From contig JBDTWD010000006.1 of assembly GCA_040006915.1 (NCBI GenBank), positions 1,897-65,896 on the forward strand: 64,000 nucleotides of DNA. Reading direction: 5' to 3'. A model generated the notes under the pieces. That model did no database searches, was not told where the DNA came from, and saw only the letters and a list, made by a program, of their open reading frames with translations. Of the stretch, positions 9,682 through 20,281 are shown one piece after another; position 1 is the stretch's first letter; each line of letters begins with the position of its first letter. A program made the translations under genes and the position numbers. The DNA comes from Candidatus Woesebacteria bacterium. Lineage in GTDB: Bacteria > Patescibacteriota > Microgenomatia > UBA1400 > UBA12028.

Positions 9682-11109
9682 TTACTCAGTACGGATATGA
9701 TCACCCTCTTGCACACTACGGGAAGTAATAACCGTGTCACTTGAAGCTAATCCGGAGTTAACTTTGACGTAACTTCCTGAAACATTACCAACTGCGATTT
9801 CCTTGATTGCTGCTTTGTCTCCATCTTTAATGTAGACATAGGACTTATCTTGGGTTTGATAGACACTATCTAATGGAATATACAAATTATCCGTAACAAT
9901 CTTCTTACTCCCCATCGGGATATGGACTTCCAAATTCCCGGCATTCACCAGATCTGAAGCATATTGAGATGGAATCGCATACAGAACACTGTAGAGACTG
10001 CCCTCAGTCGCTTCAGTTGAGACAAAACGTGGATTCAACGATACTTTCTTGCCACCGATTAAGAAGTCACTGGTTTCAGTCGTAGAAATCAGTTTGGCGA
10101 TATCTCTTGGGACCAAGACCACTGCAGTGTTCTCTCCTTGGTCAGCCTTAATCGTCGCAATCACCGTTCCTGGTGAAACATTTTGTCCCACTTTGACATA
10201 GATTCGTTCCACCACTCCACTACATGGAGAGGCAGGATACATTAATCCTTCACTAACCTTGGCAAGTTTTAAATTCAATTCGGACAAATCATTAGCGAGT
10301 GTTAATCCTCTCGCTTGCAGATCAAGCTGACGGACAGTTAAATCACCACTTGCGGTTGCAATTTGAGCTGGCAAACGGTTTTCATCTGACTGATACTGCG
10401 CAACACGCAAACCAGAGCGCAACTGGTTTAATCCAGCTTGAGCTGCAGCTTTGCCTTGTTTGGCTCCAGCTATGGCTGCATCATTCGCGCCGTTTACGTT
10501 GGTAGTAGTTAACTGGGTAATTTGGGCATCTAAGGAATTAACGATATCCTGGTTTAAATCAATTAAACCTTGGGTATCTGACAATGATTGTCTGGTAATG
10601 TCACGCAGTTCTTCACCTTGCGTATTTCCTTTTCCAGCAAGATCTTTCTGTCGATTAATGATGTCCATCTGGAGATCAAAATTGGCGGTAGTTGAGTCAA
10701 AGCTCTTTTGGGCAATTTGACGACCGAGACTGGCAGCATTACCTCCCTGATAGTTCGTAGACAAAGATACTAGTGTTCCTCCTCGAGAAACTTTCTGGCC
10801 TTCGGTCAAATTCACTTTTTGCACAATTCCTGGAACTTGAGCGATTATAGAAATTACCCCAGATTTCTCAATTTTGGCTGCAAAGGTCATTTTTGGACTT
10901 TCTCCAAAGGAGTATGTTTCAATGAGTTTAGGCTCACTGGCCTTTTGTTCTGGTTTTGGAGCTGGTTTACGCAAGAAATTTCCCACCACAATCAGGACTA
11001 ACAGGAGTCCTAAGAGGATGAAAAACGAGCCAAATGGGCGTTTATCGATGAATGTAGTGACTTTTTTCCAACGATTTTGGAAACCGGTCTTGAGGGATTT
11101 CAATGTCAT
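9682..11109 (-). CDS. RND periplasmic adaptor / membrane fusion protein
   Basis: N-terminal TM, lipoyl half-motifs (EGQKVSRG, SPCSGVV..VKVGQNV), coiled coil; directly upstream of RND. Confidence 0.85.
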   Translation of the reverse strand: MTLKSLKTGFQNRWKKVTTFIDKRPFGSFFILLGLLLVLIVVGNFLRKPAPKPEQKASEPKLIETYSFGESPKMTFAAKIEKSGVISIIAQVPGIVQKVNLTEGQKVSRGGTLVSLSTNYQGGNAASLGRQIAQKSFDSTTANFDLQMDIINRQKDLAGKGNTQGEELRDITRQSLSDTQGLIDLNQDIVNSLDAQITQLTTTNVNGANDAAIAGAKQGKAAAQAGLNQLRSGLRVAQYQSDENRLPAQIATASGDLTVRQLDLQARGLTLANDLSELNLKLAKVSEGLMYPASPCSGVVERIYVKVGQNVSPGTVIATIKADQGENTAVVLVPRDIAKLISTTETSDFLIGGKKVSLNPRFVSTEATEGSLYSVLYAIPSQYASDLVNAGNLEVHIPMGSKKIVTDNLYIPLDSVYQTQDKSYVYIKDGDKAAIKEIAVGNVSGSYVKVNSGLASSDTVITSRSVQEGDHIRTE

Positions 11110-11191
11110 ACCAACCTTTCGGTATTACTACGGTTCGAGTGAAGCATTATACCCTATAACCATACAAAAAGCGAACAGATGATAGAATCCT

Positions 11192-11542
11192 TTGAGTATG
11201 AGTGAAAAGTCTCCAATTCCACGCAATGCGTCCACATTTACCACGTATCTAATCGCTGCGATTGAGAAGGAGAAAGAGGGCTACCCTGTACTTCCTGTTG
11301 GGGTAAGTGGAGTGACGATACACGCATATTTTCTTCACATTATTCACGGGCGGATACAGAGCTATAACATTAAAAATCCAGATGTGAAAATTAAACCTCC
11401 CTACACAAAAAAGAAAATTGTGTTTCTCCTCGATTTACTCTCTCTTTTAGCAAAAGAGAAAAATCTCACTGCCCATCGCCTGGCCCAGACAGGATGTTCA
11501 TTGGCTCTTCTACAGAAACTGATCAAGGAGTTAGAATCCTAA
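11192..11542 (+). CDS. Hypothetical protein
   Basis: Fills intergenic gap; TAGAAT just upstream. Confidence 0.5.
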   Translation: MSMSEKSPIPRNASTFTTYLIAAIEKEKEGYPVLPVGVSGVTIHAYFLHIIHGRIQSYNIKNPDVKIKPPYTKKKIVFLLDLLSLLAKEKNLTAHRLAQTGCSLALLQKLIKELES

Positions 11543-11549
11543 AAAAGGA

Positions 11550-12260
11550 CTACAGTGTTTGTAATCTTTCTACGTCGCTCATGGTTCCCACGTCAAGAGT
11601 CTGACCTTGTGTCAAGTATGCAACTACCGGAATTTGTTTTGACAAGAACCAAGGGATAATCGACCCTGGGGCATCCATATTGCCTCCTTCTTGTTTGTAC
11701 TCAGGCAAACGAGCTAAAACTGCTTTAGGATAGTAATAGAATGGGATTGCGGCTAAATCACTCGGAGGGATTTGGGGTTTTTCCACAAAAGAGGTAATGT
11801 ACTCTCCTTCTACTACGGCACACCCCAAACGCCCAGCAATGAGAGTTGTATCCATTTTACGGACCACAGTAGCAAAACTGTTCTTGGCTTGCGCAAATGC
11901 AATGAAATCCTGAATAGAAAATTCGTAATATGTATCAGAAGGAATGACAAGGAGATCATCATTCCACCCGATTGTGCTTTCGAGGGCAAACAGCAAATCT
12001 CCCAGAGCTCCCAACCTATTGTCTGGATCTGTCGCTTTGTCATTAACGAGTACAAGTGCTTTGGACTCTTTGTCTATCCACTCTGCATATTGGGGATAAA
12101 ATTTAGCGTTCGTTATCAACGTAACTGGAATATTCTGGAGTTCACTCATTACTTTCCCTAAAAGGGTCGAATTTCCCGTGGGAATTAACCCTTTAGGAAG
12201 GGTTTCTCCGAATTCTTTGAGTCTCGTACCAAATCCTGCCGCCAAAATGAGTGCCTGCAT
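11550..12260 (-). CDS. Sugar-phosphate nucleotidyltransferase (NTP_transferase)
   Basis: ALILAAGFGTRL..PKGL, FVEKP, LDVGT. Confidence 0.9.
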   Translation of the reverse strand: MQALILAAGFGTRLKEFGETLPKGLIPTGNSTLLGKVMSELQNIPVTLITNAKFYPQYAEWIDKESKALVLVNDKATDPDNRLGALGDLLFALESTIGWNDDLLVIPSDTYYEFSIQDFIAFAQAKNSFATVVRKMDTTLIAGRLGCAVVEGEYITSFVEKPQIPPSDLAAIPFYYYPKAVLARLPEYKQEGGNMDAPGSIIPWFLSKQIPVVAYLTQGQTLDVGTMSDVERLQTL

Positions 12261-12290
12261 GAGAGGAAGTATACCGTACTACGAGAGCTT

Positions 12291-12791
12291 TCAGGTAGTT
12301 TTAGTTTTCCCGATTTGTTCTAATCTTGGGACTAACTCATCAGTAGGAATTTTCGAGCAATCAATTTTCTCTTTATCACTAATAAGTAACCCTTCAAGAA
12401 TCCATCGAGCTTTACGCGCATCTCCCTTTGGTAAGGGCCCAATTTTGATGGCCTGATGGGGAAGCAAACGGTCGACTACAACGAGAGTTGCAAATAAGAA
12501 TGCTTCTTGGACCACAATTGTCATGATGTCTTTAATCATAATACTTTGCGTCGTTCGAGTGGAAAGAAAATAGCGTTTGGAAATGGTGATCTTATTGCGA
12601 TCAACTGTTAACACATCCGGGAACAAATCCAGAGGAAAGACCGTTGTACTGACAAACAGGGCTTTGTCATCCAAATAAGCCAAATCATCTAACTTCTTGG
12701 CCGATGATTGCGCTTTTGTTGACTGGGCCTGTTCGTCCCGGGCAGTTGCCATCATGGCTGTAGGGAGTAGAATGCGAGCATTATCTGGCAT
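12291..12791 (-). CDS. Hypothetical protein (possible bacterial PH-like domain)
   Basis: FPLDLFPDVLTVDRNKITI pattern. Confidence 0.65.
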   Translation of the reverse strand: MPDNARILLPTAMMATARDEQAQSTKAQSSAKKLDDLAYLDDKALFVSTTVFPLDLFPDVLTVDRNKITISKRYFLSTRTTQSIMIKDIMTIVVQEAFLFATLVVVDRLLPHQAIKIGPLPKGDARKARWILEGLLISDKEKIDCSKIPTDELVPRLEQIGKTKTT

Positions 12792-12885
12792 GATCTAACA
12801 ATAGAGCTTCTTGGGAGTGGCTTTGATAAGAGAGTTGTAAGAAAACCAACAGTGCTCTTATCGACGAGTACAATTAAATATAGAT

Positions 12886-13581
12886 ATGAGTGTTACCTCT
12901 ACAATAGTTGTTATCGAAGATGAACCGTCATTACTTGAGTACTTACAAGATGTACTCGTGAATGAACGATATACCGTACATCCTATCAGTAAGGGGTCAC
13001 AGGCCTTACCGCTGATTGAAGCCACGAATCCTAACTTGGTTCTCCTTGACCTCACTTTACCAGACGTCAGTGGCGAAACAGTTTGCTTGGAGATTAAGAA
13101 ACTGTTTCCACGGCTTCCAATTATCATTTTAACTGCCAAAGATGAGCCCAGAGATATTGTCACTGGCCTTGGACTAGGAGCAGATGATTATGTGACAAAA
13201 CCCTTTAACACTGATGAATTACTGGCCCGCATTAAAACGAGACTCCGAGATCCACAGACCGAACCGGTATTACGGATTGCTGACTTGCAACTGAATACTG
13301 AGACCTTTGAAGCCAAACGTGGCAGTACCATAATTCCTTTAACGCACACAGAATATACTTTGCTTCATTATCTTTTGTTAAACAAAAACCGCGTCTTAAC
13401 CCGTGACATGATTCTGTCTAGCGTCTGGTCACTGACCCCAGACATTGAAAGTCGAGTAGTTGACGTCTATATCGGATACTTACGCAAGAAAATTGATAAA
13501 GATTATAGTAAAAAACTAATTCATTCAATGCGCGGATTCGGTTATTCCTTGCGCGATGAGATGAATGAATCAATGACATAA
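12886..13581 (+). CDS. OmpR/PhoB-family response regulator
   Basis: IEDE, LLDLTLPD, GADDYVTKPF, VVDVYIGYLRKK, RGFGY. Confidence 0.95.
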   Translation: MSVTSTIVVIEDEPSLLEYLQDVLVNERYTVHPISKGSQALPLIEATNPNLVLLDLTLPDVSGETVCLEIKKLFPRLPIIILTAKDEPRDIVTGLGLGADDYVTKPFNTDELLARIKTRLRDPQTEPVLRIADLQLNTETFEAKRGSTIIPLTHTEYTLLHYLLLNKNRVLTRDMILSSVWSLTPDIESRVVDVYIGYLRKKIDKDYSKKLIHSMRGFGYSLRDEMNESMT

Positions 13582-13913
13582 ACCAAGGAATCCAAAGAAA
13601 AAGGTTTGGCTAAATACGAATCAGCCTTCGAGGCTTTAGCTTTTTGAGACAAGCTTTGATCGGCTGAGATAAGAATCACAGGTAGATCTTTATACTCAGA
13701 TGAACTTTTTAATTTCTTGGCAATCTGATCCCCTTGTTCCCCATCCAATCCAATATCCAACACTACTGCATCTGGCTTATGTTTTGAGATCTTTTTCCAG
13801 AAGGCTTTGGCACCAGCAAATCCAATCGGAATATAGTCATGCTCTTCTAGGGCTAACTGAAGAACTTCCAAAAGCGATGCGTCGTCATCGACGATATAAA
13901 TGAGTTGGCTCAT
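13542..13913 (-). CDS. Single-domain response regulator (receiver)
   Basis: IVDDD, VVLDI, LISA, YLAKPF; start at 13913 (or 13940). Confidence 0.88.
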   Translation of the reverse strand: MSQLIYIVDDDASLLEVLQLALEEHDYIPIGFAGAKAFWKKISKHKPDAVVLDIGLDGEQGDQIAKKLKSSSEYKDLPVILISADQSLSQKAKASKADSYLAKPFSLDSLVYVIDSFISSRKE

Positions 13914-13995
13914 AGTATGTGCAGAAAAAACCGCTTCCATTTGTGTAGTATCAAGTACTTGGATGAAAGATCGACGAGAACTCCGTAAGAGTTTT

Positions 13996-15438
13996 TCATA
14001 CAGATTCTTCCTGGGTAAGAGGCAGCTCAACGGTGAAGGTAGATCCTTTTTTGTAGGCACTCTCTACCTGAATCGTGCCACGGTAATGGCGCATTACTTG
14101 GCGCGCTAAATATAAACCAAGCCCGGAACCTTTAGCTGTACCCTCCCGTGCATGCCGTCCTCTGAAGAATGGATTGAATAATTTGGCCTGCTCTCGTTTT
14201 GGAATTCCAATCCCGTGATCACGGATAGAAAGCCGTACGAAGGTTCCTTCCACTTCGCGAGCAATTTCTACTGGCTCACTTACGGGTGAATACTTAATCG
14301 CATTCGTAATCAGGTTACTGATTACTTGTCCAAATCGATGCTTGTCGACTTTTACGTTGCTTTTTGTTTCTCCTGAAACCTCAAAAACTTCATGAGGTAA
14401 GGTTTTTTGCAACTCGAAAACAGTTTCAGTTACTAACTGATCAAAAGAAATAACCTCATCATGAAAAGGCAACTTTCCTGACCCAAGATAAATGGCATCT
14501 AACATTCCGTTAATTAAACCGGTGAGCAAATCCGTTTTCTCGTTGATGTGCTGAAGATAGCGACTGATTCTGGCATCCTCAGTTGGAGCAATGATTTTAA
14601 TTAACAGCTGCGTAAAGGCTTTAATCACTGCTAAAGGAGTTTTGAGTTCATGACCAACCAAAGCTAAGAAGCGATCTCGCTCCCGCTGTTCTAAAATTCG
14701 GGCAGTAGTGTCACGAAAAATGATGAGACTTTTCCCTGGTAAGAATTTCGAAAAGATTGACATTTCTACAAATAATTCATCGCCATTAGCGTGAGAGAAA
14801 TTCAGTGGAGCTAACTTCACGCTAGAACGCTTGGCACTTTGGAACAATTTATGAAAAGCAGTCTTTCCTTCTTTGGGAAAAAGCGTGAACACGTTCTCAC
14901 CAATAATCGAATTCTTTTTAAAAAAGGCCAAGGCGACAGGGTTTGCTTCTTCAATGATTCCGTCTTTGTTCAAAATAAGCTTTGAATCATGACTCACTTC
15001 AAAAATCAGCTTGTATCGAGCCTCATTTTCAATGAAACTATTTTTTTCCCTTAAAGCAATTGCTGCATCTAAAAACGAGACTACATAGGCTTTAGTCCCA
15101 TTTTCATCTTGGATTGGATTGATTGAATATTCGATCCAGCATGGAACATGATCTCTCCAGAAAATATCGAAATGCCGCATCACTTGAACATTACTCTGAA
15201 TGAGTTGAGTAAATGGACAAGCTCCCTGTGCATGCGTACGATCTTTGCGAGGGGCTTTATGGACGACCGCATGAATTGAGGTCCCAATAAGCTTCTCAAC
15301 GGGGAGATGGAAAAAATCCTGGGCTCCCTCATTGGCAAACTGAATGACTCCGTGTTCATCTAAAAAGAAGACACTTGCAGAAGCGTGTAGCAGTGAAAGT
15401 TTTGCAAATCGGTCGGCCCATTCCATACGAGCTATCAT
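13996..15438 (-). CDS. Cytoplasmic PAS-PAS histidine kinase
   Basis: Two PAS-like domains, GHELKTPL, NLITNAIKYS, DHGIGI, GSGLGL; no TM segment. Confidence 0.93.
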   Translation of the reverse strand: MIARMEWADRFAKLSLLHASASVFFLDEHGVIQFANEGAQDFFHLPVEKLIGTSIHAVVHKAPRKDRTHAQGACPFTQLIQSNVQVMRHFDIFWRDHVPCWIEYSINPIQDENGTKAYVVSFLDAAIALREKNSFIENEARYKLIFEVSHDSKLILNKDGIIEEANPVALAFFKKNSIIGENVFTLFPKEGKTAFHKLFQSAKRSSVKLAPLNFSHANGDELFVEMSIFSKFLPGKSLIIFRDTTARILEQRERDRFLALVGHELKTPLAVIKAFTQLLIKIIAPTEDARISRYLQHINEKTDLLTGLINGMLDAIYLGSGKLPFHDEVISFDQLVTETVFELQKTLPHEVFEVSGETKSNVKVDKHRFGQVISNLITNAIKYSPVSEPVEIAREVEGTFVRLSIRDHGIGIPKREQAKLFNPFFRGRHAREGTAKGSGLGLYLARQVMRHYRGTIQVESAYKKGSTFTVELPLTQEESV

Positions 15439-15455
15439 ACCGCATCAAGAGTATT

Positions 15456-15490
15456 CTTACTTTTCTCTTACGATTCGCACTCTTTCTTAC
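15456..15490 (+). promoter_or_regulatory. CTTAC direct repeats, candidate response-regulator site
   Basis: CTTAC at 15456, 15467 (11-bp period) and 15486 upstream of a GlsB/YeaQ gene. Confidence 0.45.
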
Positions 15491-15540
15491 CGAAAACTAC
15501 ATGCGATCATATTCTTATATTTAATATAAAGGAGGAGTAT

Positions 15541-15798
15541 ATGGGTTTACTTGCATGGTTGATCTTAGGATTACTAGCTGGTTGGATTGCGTCTATGGTA
15601 ATGAAAACCGATGCTCAACAAGGAGCTGTCATGGATTTGATCTTAGGAGTGGTAGGGGCAATGGTTGGAGGAGTGGTAATGAACCTGTTTGGCTCCGCTG
15701 GTGTAACCGGGTTTAACCTATACAGCCTCTTAGTCGCTACTCTTGGTGCTGTTATCCTTATTTGGTTGGGGAGAATGTTTAATCGAAACTCGATGTAG
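15541..15798 (+). CDS. GlsB/YeaQ/YmgE family stress membrane protein
   Basis: [22 protein letters not shown]; strong SD AAGGAGG. Confidence 0.9.
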   Translation: MGLLAWLILGLLAGWIASMVMKTDAQQGAVMDLILGVVGAMVGGVVMNLFGSAGVTGFNLYSLLVATLGAVILIWLGRMFNRNSM

Positions 15799-15943
15799 AT
15801 CTAGAGCGAACGTATCACGTTCTTACAGAGTGATCGATTGTAGTGTTATAGTAAATAATAATCCTTGGTTCAATCTCATCGATCCAAAGTCAGTATCTTT
15901 GTATATCCGTACAATTTGTGGGAGAAACGGGGAAAAAAGCAAA

Positions 15944-16315
15944 ATGAAGCTCAACTCACTCACTCCAGAAGAAAAACATGTGATTGAAGACAAAGGAACC
16001 GAAGCCCCTTTCACAGGTGAATACGACGACTTTTGGCTTGAAGGCACCTACAACTGCAGACGCTGTAACTCCCCACTGTACGAATCCACTGCCAAGTTTC
16101 ACTCAGGTTGTGGGTGGCCGTCGTTTGATCAGGAAATTCCTGGACAAGTGAAACGAATTCCTGATCCAGATGGATCTCGCATTGAGATTGAGTGTGCCAC
16201 CTGTGGCGCACACTTGGGACATGTTTTTATTGGGGAACACATGACAGATAAAAACACTCGTCATTGTGTCAATTCGCTATCAATGAAATTTGTTGCAAAG
16301 GAGAAAAAAGTATGA
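15944..16315 (+). CDS. msrB: Methionine-R-sulfoxide reductase
   Basis: [28 protein letters not shown]; start trimmed. Confidence 0.95.
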   Translation: MKLNSLTPEEKHVIEDKGTEAPFTGEYDDFWLEGTYNCRRCNSPLYESTAKFHSGCGWPSFDQEIPGQVKRIPDPDGSRIEIECATCGAHLGHVFIGEHMTDKNTRHCVNSLSMKFVAKEKKV

Positions 16316-16845
16316 CAGAGGTTGCAACAGTAGCAGGCGGGTGTTTTTGGTGTACTGAGGCCGTTTTTAAACGCTTAAAAGGGGTAACCAAAGTGACACC
16401 AGGATATTCAGGTGGAAAAATGGATGATCCTGATTACGATCATGTTTCCATGGGAACAACTGGACATGCCGAAGCGATTCAACTGGAATTTGATCCTGAT
16501 GTTATCAGCTTTGACACCATTCTTGATGTGTTCTTTGCCACACATGATCCAACAACATTAAATGCGCAAGGGAATGATGTGGGAACTCAATATCGTTCGG
16601 TGATTTTTTATCACAACGAAGAGCAAAAAAAATTAGCAGAATCGAAAATGAAACCAGGGTATGTTACGCAAATTACGCGCTTCGAAAAATTTTATGACGC
16701 AGAGAGCTATCACAAAGATTATTACGACAAAAATAAAGACAGCAATCCATATTGTACAGTTGTCATTGATCCAAAAGTGAAAAAACTGCTACAAAAGTTT
16801 TCAGAAGAGATCAAACCAGAATATCTTTCACCCGTTGTGCAATAG
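16312..16845 (+). CDS. msrA: Methionine-S-sulfoxide reductase
   Basis: [27 protein letters not shown]; ATGA overlap with msrB. Confidence 0.95.
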   Translation: MTEVATVAGGCFWCTEAVFKRLKGVTKVTPGYSGGKMDDPDYDHVSMGTTGHAEAIQLEFDPDVISFDTILDVFFATHDPTTLNAQGNDVGTQYRSVIFYHNEEQKKLAESKMKPGYVTQITRFEKFYDAESYHKDYYDKNKDSNPYCTVVIDPKVKKLLQKFSEEIKPEYLSPVVQ

Positions 16846-17752
16846 CCTCACTGGTTAATCCATACTTTGTGTATAGTTCTTGTGGAGTTCCAGATTCACC
16901 AAAGCTGTCTTGCATTCCCATGCGATGGACAGGAACAGGATATTCTTGTGAGAGTAATTCACACACACTGCTTCCCATCCCTCCCATGATTTGATGGTCT
17001 TCAATCGTAACCACTCTTTTGGTTTTCTTTACTGAAGTGAGAATCGTTTCTGAATCTAAAGGTTTTATCGTATGGTTATTAACTACTTCAGCATGGATTC
17101 CTTCTTTTTCCAAGACTCTAGCAGCTTTGAGGACCTCAGCCAATAAGGGGCCGCATCCAATAATGGTTACGTCACTTCCCTGTCGCAAAACATTTGCTTT
17201 TCCAATCGTAAATATGGATTCTGTAGTCACAATACTAGGGCTTTTTTCTCGGGTTAAGCGTACGTAACAGGGACCACTATACTGTGCGATCGCCAATGTT
17301 GCTTTCTTTGACTCACCACTATCTGCAGGAACCACGACAGTTAAATTAGGAAGCACTCTGGTAATGGCAATGTCTTCCAATCCTTGATGGGTAGCCCCAT
17401 CAGCTCCTACAGAAAGTCCTGTATGCCCACCGATAATTTTGACATTAGCTTGTGAATAACACACGGACACGCGCAGTTGATCCCAGTTTCTTCCAGGAGA
17501 AAATACAGCATAACTGCAGACAAAAGGAATTTTTCCGGAATGAGCGAGTCCGGCTGCAATTCCCATCATATTCTGTTCAGCAACTCCACATTCAATAAAA
17601 CGAGTGGGAAATTCCTTGGCAAAAGCAGTCAGCTTTAGTGAATCTTTTAAATCTGCCGTGAGCACCACAACACGCTCATCCGCACGTGCTGCTTCTACAA
17701 TTCCTTCTCCAAACCCGTCTCTGGTTGCGTATTCTTTTGGTTCCTCACTCAT
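16811..17752 (-). CDS. Transketolase C-terminal (beta) subunit
   Basis: GVAEQNM, DGATHQ, IKPLD, EDH..GG. Confidence 0.92.
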   Translation of the reverse strand: MSEEPKEYATRDGFGEGIVEAARADERVVVLTADLKDSLKLTAFAKEFPTRFIECGVAEQNMMGIAAGLAHSGKIPFVCSYAVFSPGRNWDQLRVSVCYSQANVKIIGGHTGLSVGADGATHQGLEDIAITRVLPNLTVVVPADSGESKKATLAIAQYSGPCYVRLTREKSPSIVTTESIFTIGKANVLRQGSDVTIIGCGPLLAEVLKAARVLEKEGIHAEVVNNHTIKPLDSETILTSVKKTKRVVTIEDHQIMGGMGSSVCELLSQEYPVPVHRMGMQDSFGESGTPQELYTKYGLTSEAIAQRVKDILV

Positions 17753-18587
17753 ACTGAATTCTTCCTTTCAATGTTCTCAGTTCCTCTAGCGCCATTTGAG
17801 CTTCTTGTGGATTTGGCGTTTTCCCATGCCACTCTGGTTTCCCTTCCATGAAATCCACTCCTTTTCCTGGTATGGTGTGAGCAATAATACACACTGGTTT
17901 TTCATAAATTGCGGTTGCTTCACTACAAGCATCGATAACACGTTCAATGTTATGTCCATCAACTTCCAATACATGCCAGTTAAAGGCTTCATATTTAGCC
18001 TTGAGTGATTCAAGAGGCATGATGTCTTCAGTAAAGCCATCAATTTGAATGTTGTTACGATCAATGATCGTCGTTAAGTTTGCCAGTCTTTCTTTCCCTG
18101 CAAATAAGATTGCTTCCCAGGTTTGGCCTTCATTATGTTCACCATCACTCATGGCACAATATACTTGGTATTTTTTTTGATCCAAGATTCCAGCTAGCGC
18201 CATCCCAATCGCTTGTGAAATTCCTTGACCTAAAGGGCCAGCAGAGACTTCAACTCCAGGTAAATCCACTTTGCTGGGATGACCTTGTAATCTCGTCCCT
18301 AACTTTCGTAAGGTGAGTAATTCTTCAGTTGGGAAATATCCAGACTCGGCCAAAGTCGCATAGAGAACTGGACAAATATGACCATTAGAAAGTACCAGTC
18401 GATCGCGATCCTCCCAGGTTGGGTTGTTCGGATCGTGTCGCAAGACAGAAAAATATAAAGCTGTGAATACATCCGCCATTCCTAAAGGCCCGGCTGAATG
18501 ACCACTGCCCGCTTCCAAAAGCATGCGAATGATATCCTCACGGATTGCTTCTGCTTTTTGTTCTAATTGTTGGATGGAAAAGTCCAT
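17745..18587 (-). CDS. Transketolase N-terminal (alpha) subunit
   Basis: GSGH, DRLVLSNGH, LQGHP, GPLGQG, SDGE..EGQTWEA. Confidence 0.92.
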   Translation of the reverse strand: MDFSIQQLEQKAEAIREDIIRMLLEAGSGHSAGPLGMADVFTALYFSVLRHDPNNPTWEDRDRLVLSNGHICPVLYATLAESGYFPTEELLTLRKLGTRLQGHPSKVDLPGVEVSAGPLGQGISQAIGMALAGILDQKKYQVYCAMSDGEHNEGQTWEAILFAGKERLANLTTIIDRNNIQIDGFTEDIMPLESLKAKYEAFNWHVLEVDGHNIERVIDACSEATAIYEKPVCIIAHTIPGKGVDFMEGKPEWHGKTPNPQEAQMALEELRTLKGRIQYE

Positions 18588-18606
18588 GCATTCATCATAG
18601 CCCACT

Positions 18607-19416
18607 TTAGCCTTGGAAAAAATCTTTAAATAATTGCTTTCCTTTGCCTTTATCAATATAAATTTTTATTTCCAGATGCTTTTCAATTCCTGATCCCATG
18701 ACTTTCTTCTTTAACAATTCATCTACCTGAAAAATTCCGGCGGTGTGATTCATACTGATATCCACCTGCACTGGAGTCTTTCTTCCTGGTTTGATCTCAA
18801 TCGCATCAATAGCCATCGCAGACACTGAATGGATATCAAGTTTCCCTTCTTCATACGGAAAACGAGTGCGCCCTTCACTCATATCCAAGGCATCTGCAAC
18901 TCGAACGATTCCAGCCTCGACAGTTAATGGTTGTCCATCTTTTCGATGGCTGATAATGGCATGCAAAACTTCTGAAGTCAGGATAGTACGTTCGGGGACA
19001 GGGAGAAAAGAGAGAATCTCACGCAATAATGTATTGACTAAGAACAAACTATATTCCTCGTGACCCGACCGATGCACAGACATTCCTAAATCATGTAAAA
19101 GACTCGCCAGCAGAATCACCACTTCGGCATGGTCACTTGAGAGTCCATAATCTTTGCAAATGGAAAACTTAACTTCTTTTTTCTCAAAGATTCGAGCTAT
19201 TTGTAATGCATTTTGAGCAACGATTTGAAAATGCAAAATCCCATGATCCGTCATAGAGAGGCGTTTGATAGCAGTAACATTGGTAATCTTCCATAACGTC
19301 TTAATTTCCTCATTGGTATTGATAAGAGTGAGCACTTTTTCCAAGAGGACATTGCCATTTATCGGAATTTCGATTATCTTAGGTTGAGAAGACTGAGGCG
19401 GAAGTGACGCTGACAT
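18607..19416 (-). CDS. HD-domain phosphohydrolase
   Basis: DHG..H, LLHDLG, VADALD. Confidence 0.85.
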   Translation of the reverse strand: MSASLPPQSSQPKIIEIPINGNVLLEKVLTLINTNEEIKTLWKITNVTAIKRLSMTDHGILHFQIVAQNALQIARIFEKKEVKFSICKDYGLSSDHAEVVILLASLLHDLGMSVHRSGHEEYSLFLVNTLLREILSFLPVPERTILTSEVLHAIISHRKDGQPLTVEAGIVRVADALDMSEGRTRFPYEEGKLDIHSVSAMAIDAIEIKPGRKTPVQVDISMNHTAGIFQVDELLKKKVMGSGIEKHLEIKIYIDKGKGKQLFKDFFQG

Positions 19417-19475
19417 TAGATCCCATATTACCTAACCTACTTACAAAAGAAAAGCCACCAGTTTTCAACTCACTT

Positions 19476-19859
19476 ATGAACCTTCCTTTTGATGTCAAAC
19501 GCGTATCAGGTAAAGGGTTAGCATTATTTGCTAACAGAAACATTAAAGAAGGCGAAATTATTGAAGAATGTCCAATTCTGCCTCTTACCCCCACAGAGCG
19601 CAAACATAGTGAAAAAACGATTTTAAATCACTACATCTATCCGTGGCGCAGTACTCGCAGTGCTGCCGTCGTTTTTGGGTATGGCTCAATTTACAACCAC
19701 TCCTTTACTCCAAATGCTGACTGGAAACAGAATTTTAAAACCTCTCGCATGGTGTATCGAGCGCTCCGTGATATCAAAGCTGGTGAAGAGCTAACCGTTA
19801 ACTATAACGGGGAGCCTGATGATGACACAGAAATCGAATGGTTTGAAGTCAAAGACTAA
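19476..19859 (+). CDS. SET-domain protein
   Basis: GKGLALFA..I..GE, YNHSFTPN, ALRDIKAGEELTVNY. Confidence 0.9.
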   Translation: MNLPFDVKRVSGKGLALFANRNIKEGEIIEECPILPLTPTERKHSEKTILNHYIYPWRSTRSAAVVFGYGSIYNHSFTPNADWKQNFKTSRMVYRALRDIKAGEELTVNYNGEPDDDTEIEWFEVKD

Positions 19860-19861
19860 CT

Positions 19862-20221
19862 TTAAAATCCTTGCAGTTGATTCATTTGGATTGAAACTTG
19901 TTCGTTAATCTGGCTGACATAATCGAGTGCGATTTTAGTAGTGATAATAAAAGACAAAACGGTCAAAACCATCGCTACAATTCCAATGAGTTTTGATTTT
20001 TGATCTGGTTGCTTCAAATATTTTATTCCCCAAACAATGCCCATTGGGGGCAACACAATACTTCCAAGGTACAATAATGCTTGGCGCATAACCGTGGTTG
20101 CTGGAGGAACTTCTTTTATCTTCTTGCCACAGTTGGCACAGAAATAATCAGTGGATTTAATCGGCTGATGACACTGCGGACACAAAAATGCTGGAGAAGT
20201 GGGAAGCGCAACTTGTTCCAT
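19862..20221 (-). CDS. Zinc-ribbon membrane protein
   Basis: CPQC..FCANCG followed by two TM segments. Confidence 0.75.
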   Translation of the reverse strand: MEQVALPTSPAFLCPQCHQPIKSTDYFCANCGKKIKEVPPATTVMRQALLYLGSIVLPPMGIVWGIKYLKQPDQKSKLIGIVAMVLTVLSFIITTKIALDYVSQINEQVSIQMNQLQGF

Positions 20222-20281
20222 GCAGCCATCATCTCATATATTTGCTATACTTTTTTAAGCATCATCAATAGAAAGGATTAT

